Shown: piece after piece, positions 1 to 12,777 of the stretch | Position numbering within the stretch: the first letter of the stretch is position 1 | How the letters are laid out: each line of letters opens with the position of its first letter | Origin: Rhizodiscina lignyota | Lineage: Eukaryota | DNA: 64,000 nt | Direction of reading: 5' to 3' | Assembly (NCBI GenBank): GCA_010015805.1 | Contig: ML978126.1 | Coordinates: forward strand, 1-64,000 | Notes under the pieces: model-generated | Seen by the model: only the letters and a program-made list of their open reading frames with translations | The model's database searches: none | Told to the model about the DNA's origin: nothing | Translations under genes and position numbers: made by a program

Positions 1-1268
1 GGATACGTCGTTCTGTTTGGTTATCGGCTGATAGGCTTCGGGAGCGTTGTCGTTTGCCTAATAGCATGCGTTGAGGTTGAATAGAGGTGGTGAAGGTGGT
101 GGAGGTGGTAGAGGTTGAGTTTTTCGGAGCGCTATTTTCGGAGGTTCGCGCCTCGCCCTGTGGCGGCGGCGATGAGGGAAAAACCTACGCGATACAAATG
201 CAGAATCCAGTGCTTGCTACTACAGGAAATAGTAACTAGTAACGTAGGCTTTAGTGTCAACGTTTGTGTGTAACTTGACTCCCCGGATGGGACGAGACTG
301 TGCCTACTATCGCCGAAATATGTGGCGCAGGCGGAGAGACCTCTGCTCCGACAAGGCTGATCGACAGGGCTATAATCGGAGATTTTCTGCCAATGAAATG
401 CTGAGCGCTCGTCATACTTCCTAATTTGGACAATGCGACAAATTCCACAAACGCCGATGTTACATTTTTAAAGTCAAGCCACAACTTTATTTCAATGTCA
501 GTTCCGCAAGGACGTTAGTGCAGCTGAATTATATCAACAGGTGCAGAAAAGGCCCAAAGCAATGTGAGAGGCCGGATCGTTCGTCGGAGTTAGCGGATGA
601 CTTCGCACATTGAAGCTGAAATGTCTGTCGTTAGTTGAGGATCTTGAAGGGAAGGCGTGATTTTTAGGACAGTTCAAAATTCAAAGGCTAGAATGTATGA
701 GACAGCGCCATCAGGCGTTAATTGGTCGAATGCCCATTAACCTAAACAATCAGGTTATCCGACAACGCAAATCAGACCAACATTAAAGATGCATGCTGTT
801 CAAATGAATCCCCATGAATCTCTCGTACCGCTTATTAACCACCCTATTTACTCTAAGATGATTTGTTCCAGCTCCATCGTATCGGAGCGGCATAAGTCAG
901 ATCGGTGTTGAACACCCTGGGAGCCCGTCATTCTCTTGAGTTTCGGAGACTTTGCACTCATACGTATCCCATTCTTCGTCCAATAACGGCGATTTGTCAC
1001 GGTACTCGCGCTGGTGTCCACGAACTTGCGTCGTGCATATCTTACGGCCCCCGCCCAAAGCACTACCAAATGTATATGGATTACAGTCCGCTTGAATCCT
1101 GCAAACGATCTAATAAGTTAGGATGGATACGGCGGGTCAAATACTGCCCGCTTTTAGACGAGTATATGGCTCATTCATTGAGTATTTAAAAGTCCATTGC
1201 GCGTAAAGTGAACATGGCATATACAGCACATCTAATCTTTGTCCACAGACTTTCAAAGGCCATTCACG

Positions 1269-2043
1269 ATGGCTGCTACTGAGATCGTTTTCTTAACCGC
1301 TGACCCAAGTCTTGACATCAAGACTCCTGGAACGAAAGGCGCAGATGCCTTGAAGAAGGTTACGGAGATACTCAAGGAACAAGATGGATTTGAGAGCGTA
1401 GCCGTTGGCAGGCAGGAACCGAACAAAGAGGTCGTTCAAGCCATGATAGGTAGTTGCCAACAAACACATTTCGAGTTCGCACTCAAACGTATAATGAACA
1501 GAATGGGCCGACATCAATGATCATATCAACTTCGCGACCGGACCCGAGTTTTCGGTATTCCGAGAGAGCCTTACAGCCGTATTCGGTGAGAAGGGTTTCT
1601 TTCACACATTCTTTGACCGCTCCCTATTTGGACCTGGCGCGCCAGCTAGGTCCAATGTGACAGAGTTCTGCCGGCTGTACTTTCCTGCATCTCAGGTCAA
1701 CCCCAGCTTCCAGGCCCAGGTCGAGCAGGTTTGGGGATCGTTTGAAAAGGTCATGAAAGAGAATGCAGAAGGAGTTCGCGATTGCGTGAAAGGATGGGTG
1801 TTGGAGGAGACAGAACATGAGAGCGTAAAGAAAGAGAAAGCCAAATGTTTCCTTGCCTGTGTCGGCTGGGACAGCTTGGAGTGCCATGATCGAGCGAATC
1901 AGAGCGAGTTTTTTGCAAAGGCGGCGCCTCCTCTGCTTGAGCTGGTCACCGCATACGATATTGTGAGTGTCCATCTGTCTCGAGAAGACCATGTGAATGC
2001 TAACAGAGGACAGTGGTTTGTGGAATGTGGAATGGCAGAGTAA
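1269..2043 (+). CDS. Putative dimeric alpha-beta barrel (ABM/Dabb-like) protein, spliced
   Basis: ATG at 1269 (MAATEIVFL...). A GTAGTT...AACAG intron joins to ...EWADINDH...TEFCRLYFP...GWVLEE...ACVGWDSLECH, the typical two-half fungal Dabb pattern. The 3' end is approximate. Confidence 0.65.
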
Positions 2044-2368
2044 GAGATTGCGGATATTATTCCTTGGAAATGACTCACTCTACTCTGACCATTTCAAACG
2101 AGCGAATGGGGACGTGATAGTTACAGAGAGGTTGTACCTGGACGTGTGTTGAAGAGATCTTCTCGAAGAAAGATAAGATCACGATTGGCGCTAAGAATGG
2201 AAATATTACACAGGAAATAGACTAGCGCGTATCACACCATCTTTTCATCGCCTTATCAGCCTCTAGGGCCAAATCACCAGACAAGCCAATTATGCCGCTG
2301 TATGCTGCTTTTCACAGATTTTTCAATTCGGCGGGTGAAAGAGCAAGGTGTGGGCCATTGTCCCCTTG

Positions 2369-4148
2369 ATGAAATCAGAACGCGGAAGAGCCTCCAAGGC
2401 CTGCATTACTTGTAGGAAACAGAAGACACGATGCTATGAAGCCAGCACTGGAACTGGCGAGTGCTTGAGATGCCAAACTTTGAGCATATCATGCTCACTG
2501 CAAGGAGGGAATCGGCTTGGCCCGCTGGCTCGTCCCACACAACGGGCGAGCGGAGACGACTCCACGACGGATGACAGGTCTGTCAAATGTGTTACGCGTA
2601 GAGGTACAATTTCTAAGATAAAATAGGCTTAAGCATCTTGAGGATACTGTAGCTGCTCTGGTCCAACGTGTCTATAGCGAAGATGGACCCATACGAGAGG
2701 AATGCGCCCAACCACGGCGAGATGATCCGGATGCAGTAAATATGTTTGACTCCGGCATTGCTGGAAGTTTCCAAGCTCCTGTCATTCTCCTCCGCGATGT
2801 TGCTTCCGAAGTGGGGTTGAGCCCGGATGATCGTAGGATTGAAAAGTTCTCCAGAAATCAAGAGCGTCGAGATATTCTTAGCAGTGGGCTTTTGAAAACT
2901 GAGGAAGCAATCCCGCTGATTGCCCTTTTCCAAGAGCACTACGGGCGATGGGTCTCTTTCGATACTGCTACACGACCGGAGATGTTATTACATCAACTAA
3001 GAAGCTCACCCTTACTTCTGGCTGCCTGCTGTTTGATCGCAATTAGGCATACGAACATGGAATTGGCGGGTCGACTAGCGGATCCATTATTCCAAGAAGT
3101 CAAGTCGCTTCTTACGGGAACCATCTTGTCAGTCCCACAATCTGTGGAGTTCTTTCAAGCCTCCGTGGTCCTTAGCTTCTGGTCCACAACAATCGGACAA
3201 TCGCCTTTGAGCCTTGACAGTTGGCTTTTGAGTGGGTTTGCCTTGCAACACGGTTTTGCGAGCGCCGTTTTCAGCTTGTCAGCAGAAGGGACGATTGGCG
3301 GCAGACCCAAGAGCAAGGGAGAACTCGATCGGCTGTGTATTTGGAACCATCTCTGCCTCTCTCATCTGCATTACTGTGTCGGAACACGTCGCACTGCTGT
3401 TCTCCAGCGATCGCATGTTGATCGTTGCCGCTGGATCCTAGATTCCGACCATGCCACGAATTTCGAGTGTCGAATTATTGCCGAGATTTATCTCTACTGG
3501 ACAATATATGAGCACTGCTATTCTTATCCTGTCGACCTGCCCAAGATACAAGCTGCCTTGCGCGCATGGAAGCTGGACTGGGAGTATCTGTTTGAGCAGC
3601 CTCGTACTCAATTCCTCCAAATGGGACTGCATTTCGCTCATCTCGTCGCGTATGACCATTCACTCAAATCACGATCCGCAGCGGTACGCGAGTCCTTGCT
3701 CTCTGAGATGGTACGCCTTTCGGTACATATCATTTCGATGGCGATGGAAACAGCAGACGACCGTACTCGGCATCTCAGTGATCATATATACCACATGATC
3801 ACATTTGCTGCTGTCACAATCTGTCGCTTGCTACATATGTACGAGAGTCAGCTCACAGCTTCAAACGATCTTGCGGAGCTCGACAAAACGGTCCTCACAC
3901 TAGCAACTTGGCTCCACTCAATAGGCCCGCCATGCCACGTTGCGCATACATTTGGCGACGTTGTTGCTGCGTTCCACAAGAAGCTTCGTCCAAGTGCTCA
4001 GCCGACATCGCCCACTCTGTCGTATCAGGAGGCGGACCCGGTTATTGATGTCGACTTTGCCAGCCTCTTCCCGGATCTCTTTGGCACAAATCTACTTGGA
4101 GGAACCACACCAGAACTGCTGCCTGATTGGGACCCGAACTTTGGATGA
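2369..4148 (+). CDS. Zn(II)2Cys6 fungal transcription factor
   Basis: N-terminal ACITCRKQKTRC...CLRCQTLSISC binuclear cluster, a short intron near 2578-2626, then a long ORF to 4148 with a fungal TF middle homology region. Confidence 0.9.
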
Positions 4149-4280
4149 TGAGCTTGTATCATTGAGAATCGCTTGATCGTTTCGTGAAGGCAAAATGTCG
4201 CCATTGCACGAAGCATATAGGAAAGAGATTTTTCATTCATTGTTTCGCATTTCTTCACATCAACGATAACTGTCGTGAGA

Positions 4281-5484
4281 CTACAAGCCCCAGATAACGA
4301 CACGGCCGTCAACTCCGCTTGTACTGACTTGGGTCACGTTCTCTGGACTGCCTGCCTGAACGCGGATCGTGTTGACTGTATTTTGATGAACAGTCTTCAG
4401 CTGCGTATCATCCTTGGTCTTGCCCTTCAGATCCAGCTGCTTGAACATATTCAGGGCAGACTCTTCCCTCGCACCGTCCATACCGGGACGAGACTTTGAC
4501 TCGATTGAGCCGGTGAGCTGCCATCCTTGCTCACTACCTTGGAAGCGGTACGCTTCACAATCCTGGTAGAGATCGGGTTAGCTCTAAATGAAGAATCAAG
4601 ACTTGGAGTAGAATGGACGTACATGGCCGGCAGCAATGATCTCACTCTCGTTCCGCCAAACGAGACTCATGAATGGTAGAAGCTGCGTATTCACGCTCAC
4701 AATCGCCTTAGGTGGCTGCTCCGGCCCACTGGGATAAACAACTGTTACGCTGCTATCATGAGCTGTAAATGCCAGAGCGTTTCCGCTTGGCGAGAAAGCT
4801 ACATCGTGTACCCAACCTGCCGTCGTATTGAGGAATTCGCCACAAACAGTATTGAAGGGCAATTTCTCGCCCCAGGCCGTAGGTGCAGGTCGGTCCTCGA
4901 CTTGCTTGATGAAGCTGCTGAATACCCTCGCATGACCATCGGTGGATCCAGCCGCAACCAATACACTATTGGGGTGCCAGGCAACCGATGTGATTGTAGA
5001 CCTTATGGGCTTCTTGATGTGCTTCGACACCCACCAGTCATTCTCTTCTTCGAAGTGGCAGACAGCTATGACGCGGGCGCCGGAGCCAGCCGCAAACTTG
5101 GTCTCTGACGGAGACCAACGGACGCATGTTGCGGCACGGTTGATGCGGAGAAGGACAAGCGTTGGCTTCCAACCAGAGGGAGAGGGCTCCCAGACATAGG
5201 CATTACGGTCTATTCCCTTTCGTCAGACTCAATATCATGCGATCAATTCAACGTGTCCCACCTTGGGAGCATGTCACAATTTTGCCAGTATTTGGAGCAA
5301 TATCAACGCCCGTGACAGTCTTGTCATGTCCTCTGAGCTCATCTTTCAGCCTGAATGCTCCGCCAGCCTTGTTGTAGAGCTCTACATTGTTCTCGCGGGC
5401 CACGGCAAGCGTCTGCCTGTCAGCGGAGAAGGAATGGTCGGCGATAGGGTGATGGAAGAGGTGGTGCACTTCTGGAGGCGCCAT
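4281..5484 (-). CDS. ARC40: Arp2/3 complex WD40 subunit (ARPC1/Arc40)
   Basis: MAPPEVHHLFHHPIADHSF...GHDKTVTGVDIAP...; WVSKHIKKPIRSTITSVAWHPNSVL; C-terminal STSGVDGRVVIW; two introns. Confidence 0.95.
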
Positions 5485-5781
5485 GGCGGATCGGTGCAGA
5501 CCAATGCAATAGGAGGAGCTCTCTACTATTGCAGGGCCTTTTGATAGTGAAGGCCGCTTTGTAAATGTGACAGTCGTAATATTCCATTCGAGTGCAAGCT
5601 CAATGGGGATGTGGGGAGCGCCAAGAGTTGTTGACAGGGGTGTGGTGCCAAGGCCTGCAAATAATATAGTTCGCGACTCGCTGCACGCGATCTTCCCTCT
5701 TCTTCCCAAACTTCAAACACCACCAACACTTTTGCACTTTTCCCTCTTCTTCTTGCAACGCAATCGCAAGCTCACTTCGCC

Positions 5782-6741
5782 ATGGCTTCGAAGGAAGCGC
5801 CTTCGAAAGACGCGACTGCGAAGTCTGGCGCTCCAGCCGCGAAAGCTCCAAAAGATCCTAAGGTGCCACTAGATCTGAGCACTCCAAGTCAGACGTGAGT
5901 GTCTTCACATCTTTGATTGATTGTTGATCGAGTACTACTAGAATGAAGGTGCCGCAAGATCTGGGTGCTCCAAATAGAACGTGGGTGTTTTCGCATCTTT
6001 GATATGTTGGTTAATCGATTATTATAGGCTGTACATCTCGAATCTCAACGAGAAGTTGAACAAGGAGACCATGAAAAAGGCGCTCTACATGGCCTTCTCC
6101 CACTACGGCGCCGTCCTTGACATCGTCAATCTGAAGACCATGAAGATGCGAGGCCAGGCGCACATCACGTTCCGCGACATCGAGACCGCTACCTCGGCTT
6201 TGCGCGATATGCAGGGCTTCAATTTCTATGAGAAGAACATGGTGAGTTGCGTATATGTGTTGCGAGGAGTAGTAGTAATGAAATTTAGGTGATCGGGTAC
6301 GCAAAAGGCAAGGCGAACTTCGTAGCCAAGCACGATGGGACCTTGCCGTATACTGGATACTCTGCACGAGCGTCTGCCCAAGAACAGTCCAGCGATTCCA
6401 ATCAGAACATCTTCAATGCGCCTCCACCAGTTCCTACAGGCACTATGATCGAAAACGGAGCTACTGATGAGGAGATGACGGATGGTAGCAAGGCTCTCAT
6501 GACACTGCCTGATGCAAATGGCGAGTCCTCGCGTGGCGCCAAGAGGGCTAGAGATGGTGGAGAGGGCAGGGCAGGGGTCAAGAAGGCTAAGGTGGGCGGT
6601 CTAGAGGAAGAAGATGACGGAGTGCAGGCAAGTGCAAAGACTATCAAAGGAAAGGAAAAGCTTGCCGAGACGTCCATGGAGGAGGATGACGAGGAGGATG
6701 ACGAGGGAGAGGCAGCCATGGAAGAGTCAGACGAAGATTGA
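5782..6741 (+). CDS. MSL1: U2 snRNP B''/U1A-family RRM protein with acidic tail
   Basis: PNRTLYISNLNEKLNKE...LKTMKMRGQAHITF...MQGFNFYEKNM-IGYAKGK is the U1A/U2B'' RRM1 signature. Introns 5895-5941, 5981-6027 and about 6242-6288. U1A versus U2B'' assignment is inferred from the single RRM plus acidic tail. Confidence 0.8.
5860..6027 (+). repeat. 86-bp-period degenerate tandem duplication (exon end + intron)
   Basis: aaggtgccactagatctgagcactccaagtcagac-gtgagtgtcttcacatctttga... at 5860 versus aaggtgccgcaagatctgggtgctccaaatagaac-gtgggtgttttcgcatctttga... at 5946; both introns are 47 nt. Confidence 0.9.
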
Positions 6742-7001
6742 AAGGGCATACTCTGATGCTCTTGCACTACGTTTGGATTCTTGACGGGCACTTGTTTCTC
6801 ATTATGGTGGCCGGACTCAATTTTGCATTGCTCGGAGTTTATATGCGGCGACAGGCCAGTGGTCCTCAAATGGGAATTGGCATCGGACCTTTGTACAAAT
6901 AGGGGAATTCAGCATTGGCTGAACGGTCCATCGGTAGCGTACTTGCGCTTCCATCTCGATATGCAGTAGGACTGCTATCATGAATCCATCACGATATGAC
7001 A

Positions 7002-7786
7002 TCAAGGGTTTTCTTGAGTACTAGGTGCATACAATCCCACAGCTCCTCCCGAAACTCCTAGCCAGATGAACAGATACTCTTCAGTCGATACTCCACGGCC
7101 TGTAGCGACCTCTTGCATCGCATCCGGTGTCTGACACGGATGAATAAAGAAGCATGCTCCTCCTGTGATGGGATGTTCCTGACATGTCATTATTAGCATG
7201 TGAAGTGCAAATCAGGTCGATTGACGGACCGTCATGGTAAGAGCTCCAAGCGGACCATGCGCACTCAATGCTTCTTTCTGCTGTTCGGGAACGAGAAGCT
7301 TGTAGACTTCTTCAATGTTCTGTTCGAGACTGCCATCCGCCTTGCGCAAAACGAGATATAATACCGGGACACGGTAGGATGGTGAGAACACAATATTATA
7401 CGCTACTGTGCTGGACTCACGGTCGCCAGCGCAACGATATAAAGCATCCTACTGCAATCAATTCTCGTGTCACGCAAATGAGAGGTGCTAACGAACCACG
7501 TCTTCTTCGTCAACTTCTTCTTCTGCCTCTTGGCTTGCCTCAGCTGATTCCACTGATCCAGTTGATCTCTTTCCAAGCACCTTTATGATTTCGAGGTACT
7601 CAGTTCCATTCTGTGATTCATCAGCATAGAGACGCTGCGCATTCTCCATCAACATCCGCACACCTTGACTTTCATTTCAATGCATTCCCAAGGATATCCC
7701 GAGGTTCCCACGGACCGAAGAAAAGACTTGCAACATTCTGAGAACCCTGATGTTGTCAAGAACGGGTATGATTGGATTCCAGTCAT
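7002..7786 (-). CDS. ATG10: Autophagy E2-like conjugating enzyme Atg10
   Basis: MTGIQSYPFLT... start; YYIVLSPSYRVPVLY-type segment; C-terminal EHPITGGACFFIHPCQTPDAM with the catalytic HPC, and YLFIWLGVSGGAVGL; several introns. Confidence 0.85.
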
Positions 7787-8094
7787 CCCCCATCATATCT
7801 TGATGAACAAGCGAAAGATGTAGTGAAGCTGTCAGGCGGCCGTTATCCAATGAGGTGTCTTGCCTTAACCTGCCTCGGGTCCGTGCTCGAGGTGACGAAA
7901 CGGTTTCATGTCACGTGAAGTCCGCAAGCTAGAGATCTCAGTCTTGGCTAGAGTTCCTCCTTGTAAATCTTTGAATTTCTCTCACAGAAGTAAAGGAGGG
8001 AAGCTACATAACTGACTCGTACTTTATTCGGAATGGTGTATAGAAATGCACGTATTCGCCTTTGCTCAAAGACGAAGTAAGATTCTCCAGTTTA

Positions 8095-8560
8095 ACTAAT
8101 AAATAGCTACTAAAGTCAACCTTAAACTATAAGCTCTAAAGTATTGTATTCTATGTACAGTTTGTGACTTGCCACGAAGATTCTGGATCTGAAGAGTGCC
8201 TGGACCTCGGCTGAACTTCAAGCCCCTAGCCGAGACACGATCGAGACACCAGAGAGGGACATACAACAGCCTACTGCGCAGCATATACCACGATATCAGC
8301 AATAAACAAGGACATGAGATTAACATACAAGAACAGGTCCCGCAGTTCGTGGCACCACCATGGCGAAACGGCCCAACGGCCCACGTGGAAGCAAGCGCAG
8401 AAGCGGCACGCTCTAAACACGATGCGGAGAGTCGAAAATCCAATTGCATACACATCTACACAGACGGGAGTAGCATAGGAGGTCACGGGGGGCAGCGGCA
8501 GTCTGTCTAACAAGCCAGCGACATGCGAAAGCTACGTACAGCAGATGCATAGCGGCTTGA
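8095..8560 (+). mobile_element. Degenerate non-LTR retrotransposon (Tad-like LINE) fragment, RNase H region
   Basis: VAPPW...AARSKHD...IHIYTDGSSIGGH, followed after a frameshift by GAAAVC, is the RNase H N-terminus of fungal LINEs. It is truncated and has a TA-rich 5' flank (8095-8160). Confidence 0.75.
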
Positions 8561-9144
8561 CGTACGGCGAATCGTTCTCTACTGCGAGCGGTACCTGCGT
8601 TCGACATAGGATCTTGGGATGCTTTTGCGTCCGGACGGAGGCGGCCGAGCCAAACGTAAAGTTTTGGATATGTCAGGTGCGTTCATCTCTGAATAAAATT
8701 GTCTGGCGAAGTGTAATTGACAGGAGGCGTAGGTCTGGACATGACTGTGCCGCAGAGCGCTTCTCAAAGGCGGGCAATTGGCGATGCATTACTTGGGACC
8801 AGTCATTTCTCAGATGCCCAGCTCCCAGTCTCCGAAGCTTGGCTCGATGGGGCGTCTTTAGATCAATTATCTCCCTGAGACAAACTGCCACAGAGGATTC
8901 TCCTCCAGGCAGAGAGCCAATCAGAGACCGACAACGGCGCAAAAGTGGCTGATGCTGCCTATGCATGCTGCAGGGCCGACATCTTCACCGAATATCCCCT
9001 CTTTGGCCGGCATTGACATTAATTGGGGTCATGACACACGGTCTTCGCCGTTAATTCTTTGATTCCATCTGATTTTGATCCTGAGGAGCCCGTCGTTGAT
9101 ATTCTAATATCCATTTTCAATCATTGGGATCCCCATCACCGACC

Positions 9145-12034
9145 ATGGCAGCTGCAGACGCTGTGCTCTCTCGCACGTTGCGCTCCATTACGATCACCAA
9201 GATCGCAGAGCTCGAAAAGGCCCGCAGCTCCTTTGCAACCAAGAAGCAACTTCTGTTCGACAAGGTCGACAAATGCGACACCTCCGAGAAACGCGTCGAG
9301 GAATTGCTTTACGGCGTTGAGGAGCTGTTACCCAAGACCGGAAATGTTGATGTCCGCGCCATTCACAAGTTTTTGGACCAATCCAAGCATGACAGCTCTT
9401 TTCCCAAGGCGCACCTTAACCAGTACGAGGCTAGATTGAGGGGCGCTCTCGATAAGGAGAGCCAGAAACTGTCGCTCGCGAGTTTGTATTCCCGGCTTCT
9501 GACCGAGTGGATGGACAAATCCACGTCTGAGACTGATTCCTCTGGGCACCTGTCGGATGCCGAGTCGAACGAATCTTTCGACATGGTCGACAAGAAACAG
9601 AAACTCCATCTCGAGCACTTGTGCACCAAGTTTGAAGACGTGGTCTTCAGTCCACTCGAGACTGATGAAGCGGAGATCCACGCGGCTCTTCTCGACCTCT
9701 TTACAGGTCAGGGCAAACGTGGTCCAGACTGCAGCAAGGACCTTGAGCAGCTCCGCAAGTCCATGCAAAGAAAGGGCGATATCATGCGCGACATCAAATC
9801 GCCATTCACCACCGAGCAGCTCAAGCTTTGCCTCAGCGGCACCCTGCAAGAGTCCCTCTTCAACGAGAACAAGAAAAGGACCATCCGCGAGTTCATGGAC
9901 AACGAAGTAGTCCTCGAAGAGATCGCCGACGTTCTCAACATGCGCTACAACGACATTGAGAACTGGGAGTGGTGGGCCCCTCAGGAGGGCATAGTTTGTT
10001 ACAACCTCCCTCTGCCACAAGTCTCATGCTAATCTTTGAAAGTACGTGTATCCCCGTCGAGATCTCAACGGCAAGTACCGCATCTGGATGGATGAAGACG
10101 TCCTGCAGGCAATACTCATTTACTACATCGGAACGGAGTGGTGTGTATCTCTCAAGGAAAGCCTCAAGCGGGTTGCCAGCCACTGGTGGAGCTGGGACCA
10201 GCCTTCGAAGGAAGATGAACGGCTAGCAGATCGCCGACGGTACTTTTTTGGCGATTATTACGCTTGCGATCGCGGATTCTGGAACATAAACTTGGATGAC
10301 GACGATGCTGCCCCCCTGCGCAGGCGCCGCTACAAGTCTTCCCAAGATCGTTGTCTGATCAGGGAGAAGAGAGACAACTATCTCGACCAGTTCTTCTTGG
10401 CTCTTCTTCCCGGGAACTTTGAGCCTGAGGATTCATATGATGAAGTGGAAGCTAGGAAGCCAGGCGCTGGCAATGTCAAGCAGAAGCTTCTGCGTGTAGC
10501 TGCCACTGAGATCTTCTTGGAGCAGAAGCAACGCGGCAAGGTCGCAGTAATTTGCACCGACTTGAAATGGTTCGCCACGGCACTTTCTCACCAAACGATC
10601 ATCACTGTCATGCGGTTCATCGGGGTCCCGGACTTCTGGATCACTTGGTTCAAAAAGTTCCTCGAGGCTCCTCTCAATACAGACCTTGCACGTGGTGATC
10701 ACGCCTCAGGAACGAAAGGCCCACGAATCCGTAAAAGAGGTGTCCCACTTGCACATTCCACTGAGAAACTGACGGGTGAGCTGGTTCTCTTCTTCCTGGA
10801 CTTTGCCGTGTTCCGCGAGACCGGTCTCTTGCTCCATCGCCTGCACGACGATCTCTGGGTCTGGGGCGACCCAGAGAAAGTGGCCCAGGCCTGGCGGGTC
10901 ATCAAGGACCTTGCCAAAATTCTTGGACTGGAGTTCAACCTGGACAAGACTGGCTCAGTCTACCTTCTCTCCGAGGGCATGGCGAAGGACGAAGCTGTTG
11001 CCGCCGCCTTGCCAAAGGGACCTGTCTCTATCGGCTTACTGGGGCTCGACCCGAAGAGCGGCAAGTGGGAAATTAACCAGAACGTGGTTAGCGCGCACGT
11101 CCAGCAGTTGGGCAAACTTCTTGCGGACTCCGAGTCCATCTTGAGCTGGGTTCATACGTGGAATTCCTGTATTGGCCGCTTCTTTGGCAACACGTTCGGC
11201 CATCCCGCTGCGTGCTTTGGCCGCGAGCATGTGGACAACGTCCTCGCCACGTACCGCAGCATGCAAGAACGCCTATTCCATGATCAGCCGGAAGGGAAAC
11301 GTGATGTGGCCAGCTTCCTGAAGGACACTATACGCACTCGCTTCGATCACAAAGTTTTGGACTCTTTCCTTTGGCTGCCGGAAGATCGTGGCGGGCTTGG
11401 AATGCAGAACCCATTCATCCGCCCACTGCTGATGCGTAGCGTGCTAGATGCCTCTCCCGACGAGACGTACGAAGCATTCTTGAAAGAGGAGCTGAGCCTG
11501 TACGAGCGGCAGAAGGCCAGGTTTCTGGCGCTGGGTGAGAAGGAGCGAATCCATCGATTCAAAGACATCACAGACGAGGCCACTGATAAGCAAAGGCTCG
11601 AGCCACCTCACGATTTCATGTCGTTTGACGAGTTCACTGCGCATCGCGAACGCGACAGCCTTTTGCTTTTGGATCTCTATTCGAAATTCACGGCGGAGGC
11701 CACAGAGACCGGCTTGAGTACCCCCTTGCCTCCTCCTCCTCCTCCACTCGACATTCTGGATCTACCTAGACCACTCGAAATCCCGAAACAATCATTCGAA
11801 GATATCATGAAAGGACTCGAAGGCCCGAAACCATGCGATGTCCCGAAAACGCGCAATGTCTGGAAAGCACTCGAAACCCAGAGCAGTGAAATGACTTGGA
11901 CCATGCAGCAGTATCAAGTGGAGGTGCTTAGACAGGTAGGGGTTGGTCAGCGGTTGATTCCAAGAGGATTTCTGCCACTGGGAGTAATGAAGATGATGAG
12001 AGAAAGGAGAGTTGCCTGGCGGATGGTGTTGTAG
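9145..12034 (+). CDS. rvt: RVT-class cellular reverse-transcriptase-related protein (about 946 aa, one intron 9994-10042)
   Basis: Helical/coiled-coil N-terminus (LSRTLRSITITKIAELEK); RT motifs PRRDLNGKYRIWMDEDVLQAI, VAVICTDLKWFATALSH (motif A), RKRGVPLAHSTEKLTGELVLFFLD (motif B), HRLHDDLWVWG (motif C, nt 10841-10852), LGLEFNLDKTG, thumb LWLPEDRGGLGMQNP. No endonuclease, integrase, RNase H or gag; spliceosomal intron GTTTGT...CTAAT...AAG. Confidence 0.92.
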
Positions 12035-12777
12035 CTTGGACAGGTTTCCCGCCTTTGGGGTCCCCAGCTCGTACTTATTTAGGGGAATGTAGGGTCTACT
12101 TGGCAGCAATGAGAGGATTTCGATGAGAATGCTGAATCTTAATTACCCGACTGTTATCCGCTCTTTTACACAATATTAGTCCTCATTGTCAGCTTCGTGC
12201 CACTAAGAACGTCATCACCAGAGTGGAGCATATTCCGTTGCTGGAACAACAAGACACCTCCAGCCTCGGGCTCCATGTGCAGACAAATTTCAGGCTCATG
12301 ATTTGACCTTCAGTGCCGAGACAACCGTGCTCCCCCAGACAACGGAGCGTGCGTCCCAAATTCGTACTGTCAGCCAGGAAATCTTGTCGAAACCTGCAAA
12401 TGCTCGCCGTAACATCATCGTTCCTGTTCACCCTGTTGAAGCCATCCCCTCATCACGTTCGAATGGCCGATGAAGTCGTTGCTCTCGTTTACGATCCTGG
12501 GCATAATAATGGCATGAACTGTTGCCTTGCCTCTTTGCGTCCATGCCAATACTGCTTGTGACCACTTCGGAGGTGAGGTAGCTTTGACGCTTGTTGTAGT
12601 TCGGCTGAGTTTGCTATTAGAGGTGACAGCATCATCGATATATTCCAAGTACGCCCACCGATGCTCAGGTTCTAAAGCGACTGCTCTGAAGATTGAAACG
12701 AGCGGCACTGAAAGGCAGAACGTCGGTCCGGAAAGCTTCATCAGCACCAATTAAGACACTAACGGCGCCTGATAGGT

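Noticed and set aside
1..250. Possible truncated minus-strand exon (Pro/Thr-rich) at the window edge
   Set aside because: Too little sequence and no motif to support a call.
9328..10020. 230-aa antisense ORF inside rvt exon 1
   Set aside because: Shadow ORF caused by codon bias on the opposite strand; no motifs.
11729..11746. (CCT)n run encoding polyproline in the RVT C-terminus
   Set aside because: Short coding microsatellite in a probably disordered linker.
8196..12034. RNase H fragment plus RT ORF read as one LINE retrotransposon
   Set aside because: The order is wrong (LINE RNase H lies downstream of RT), the RT has an intron and rvt-specific motifs, and there is no endonuclease or poly-A tail.
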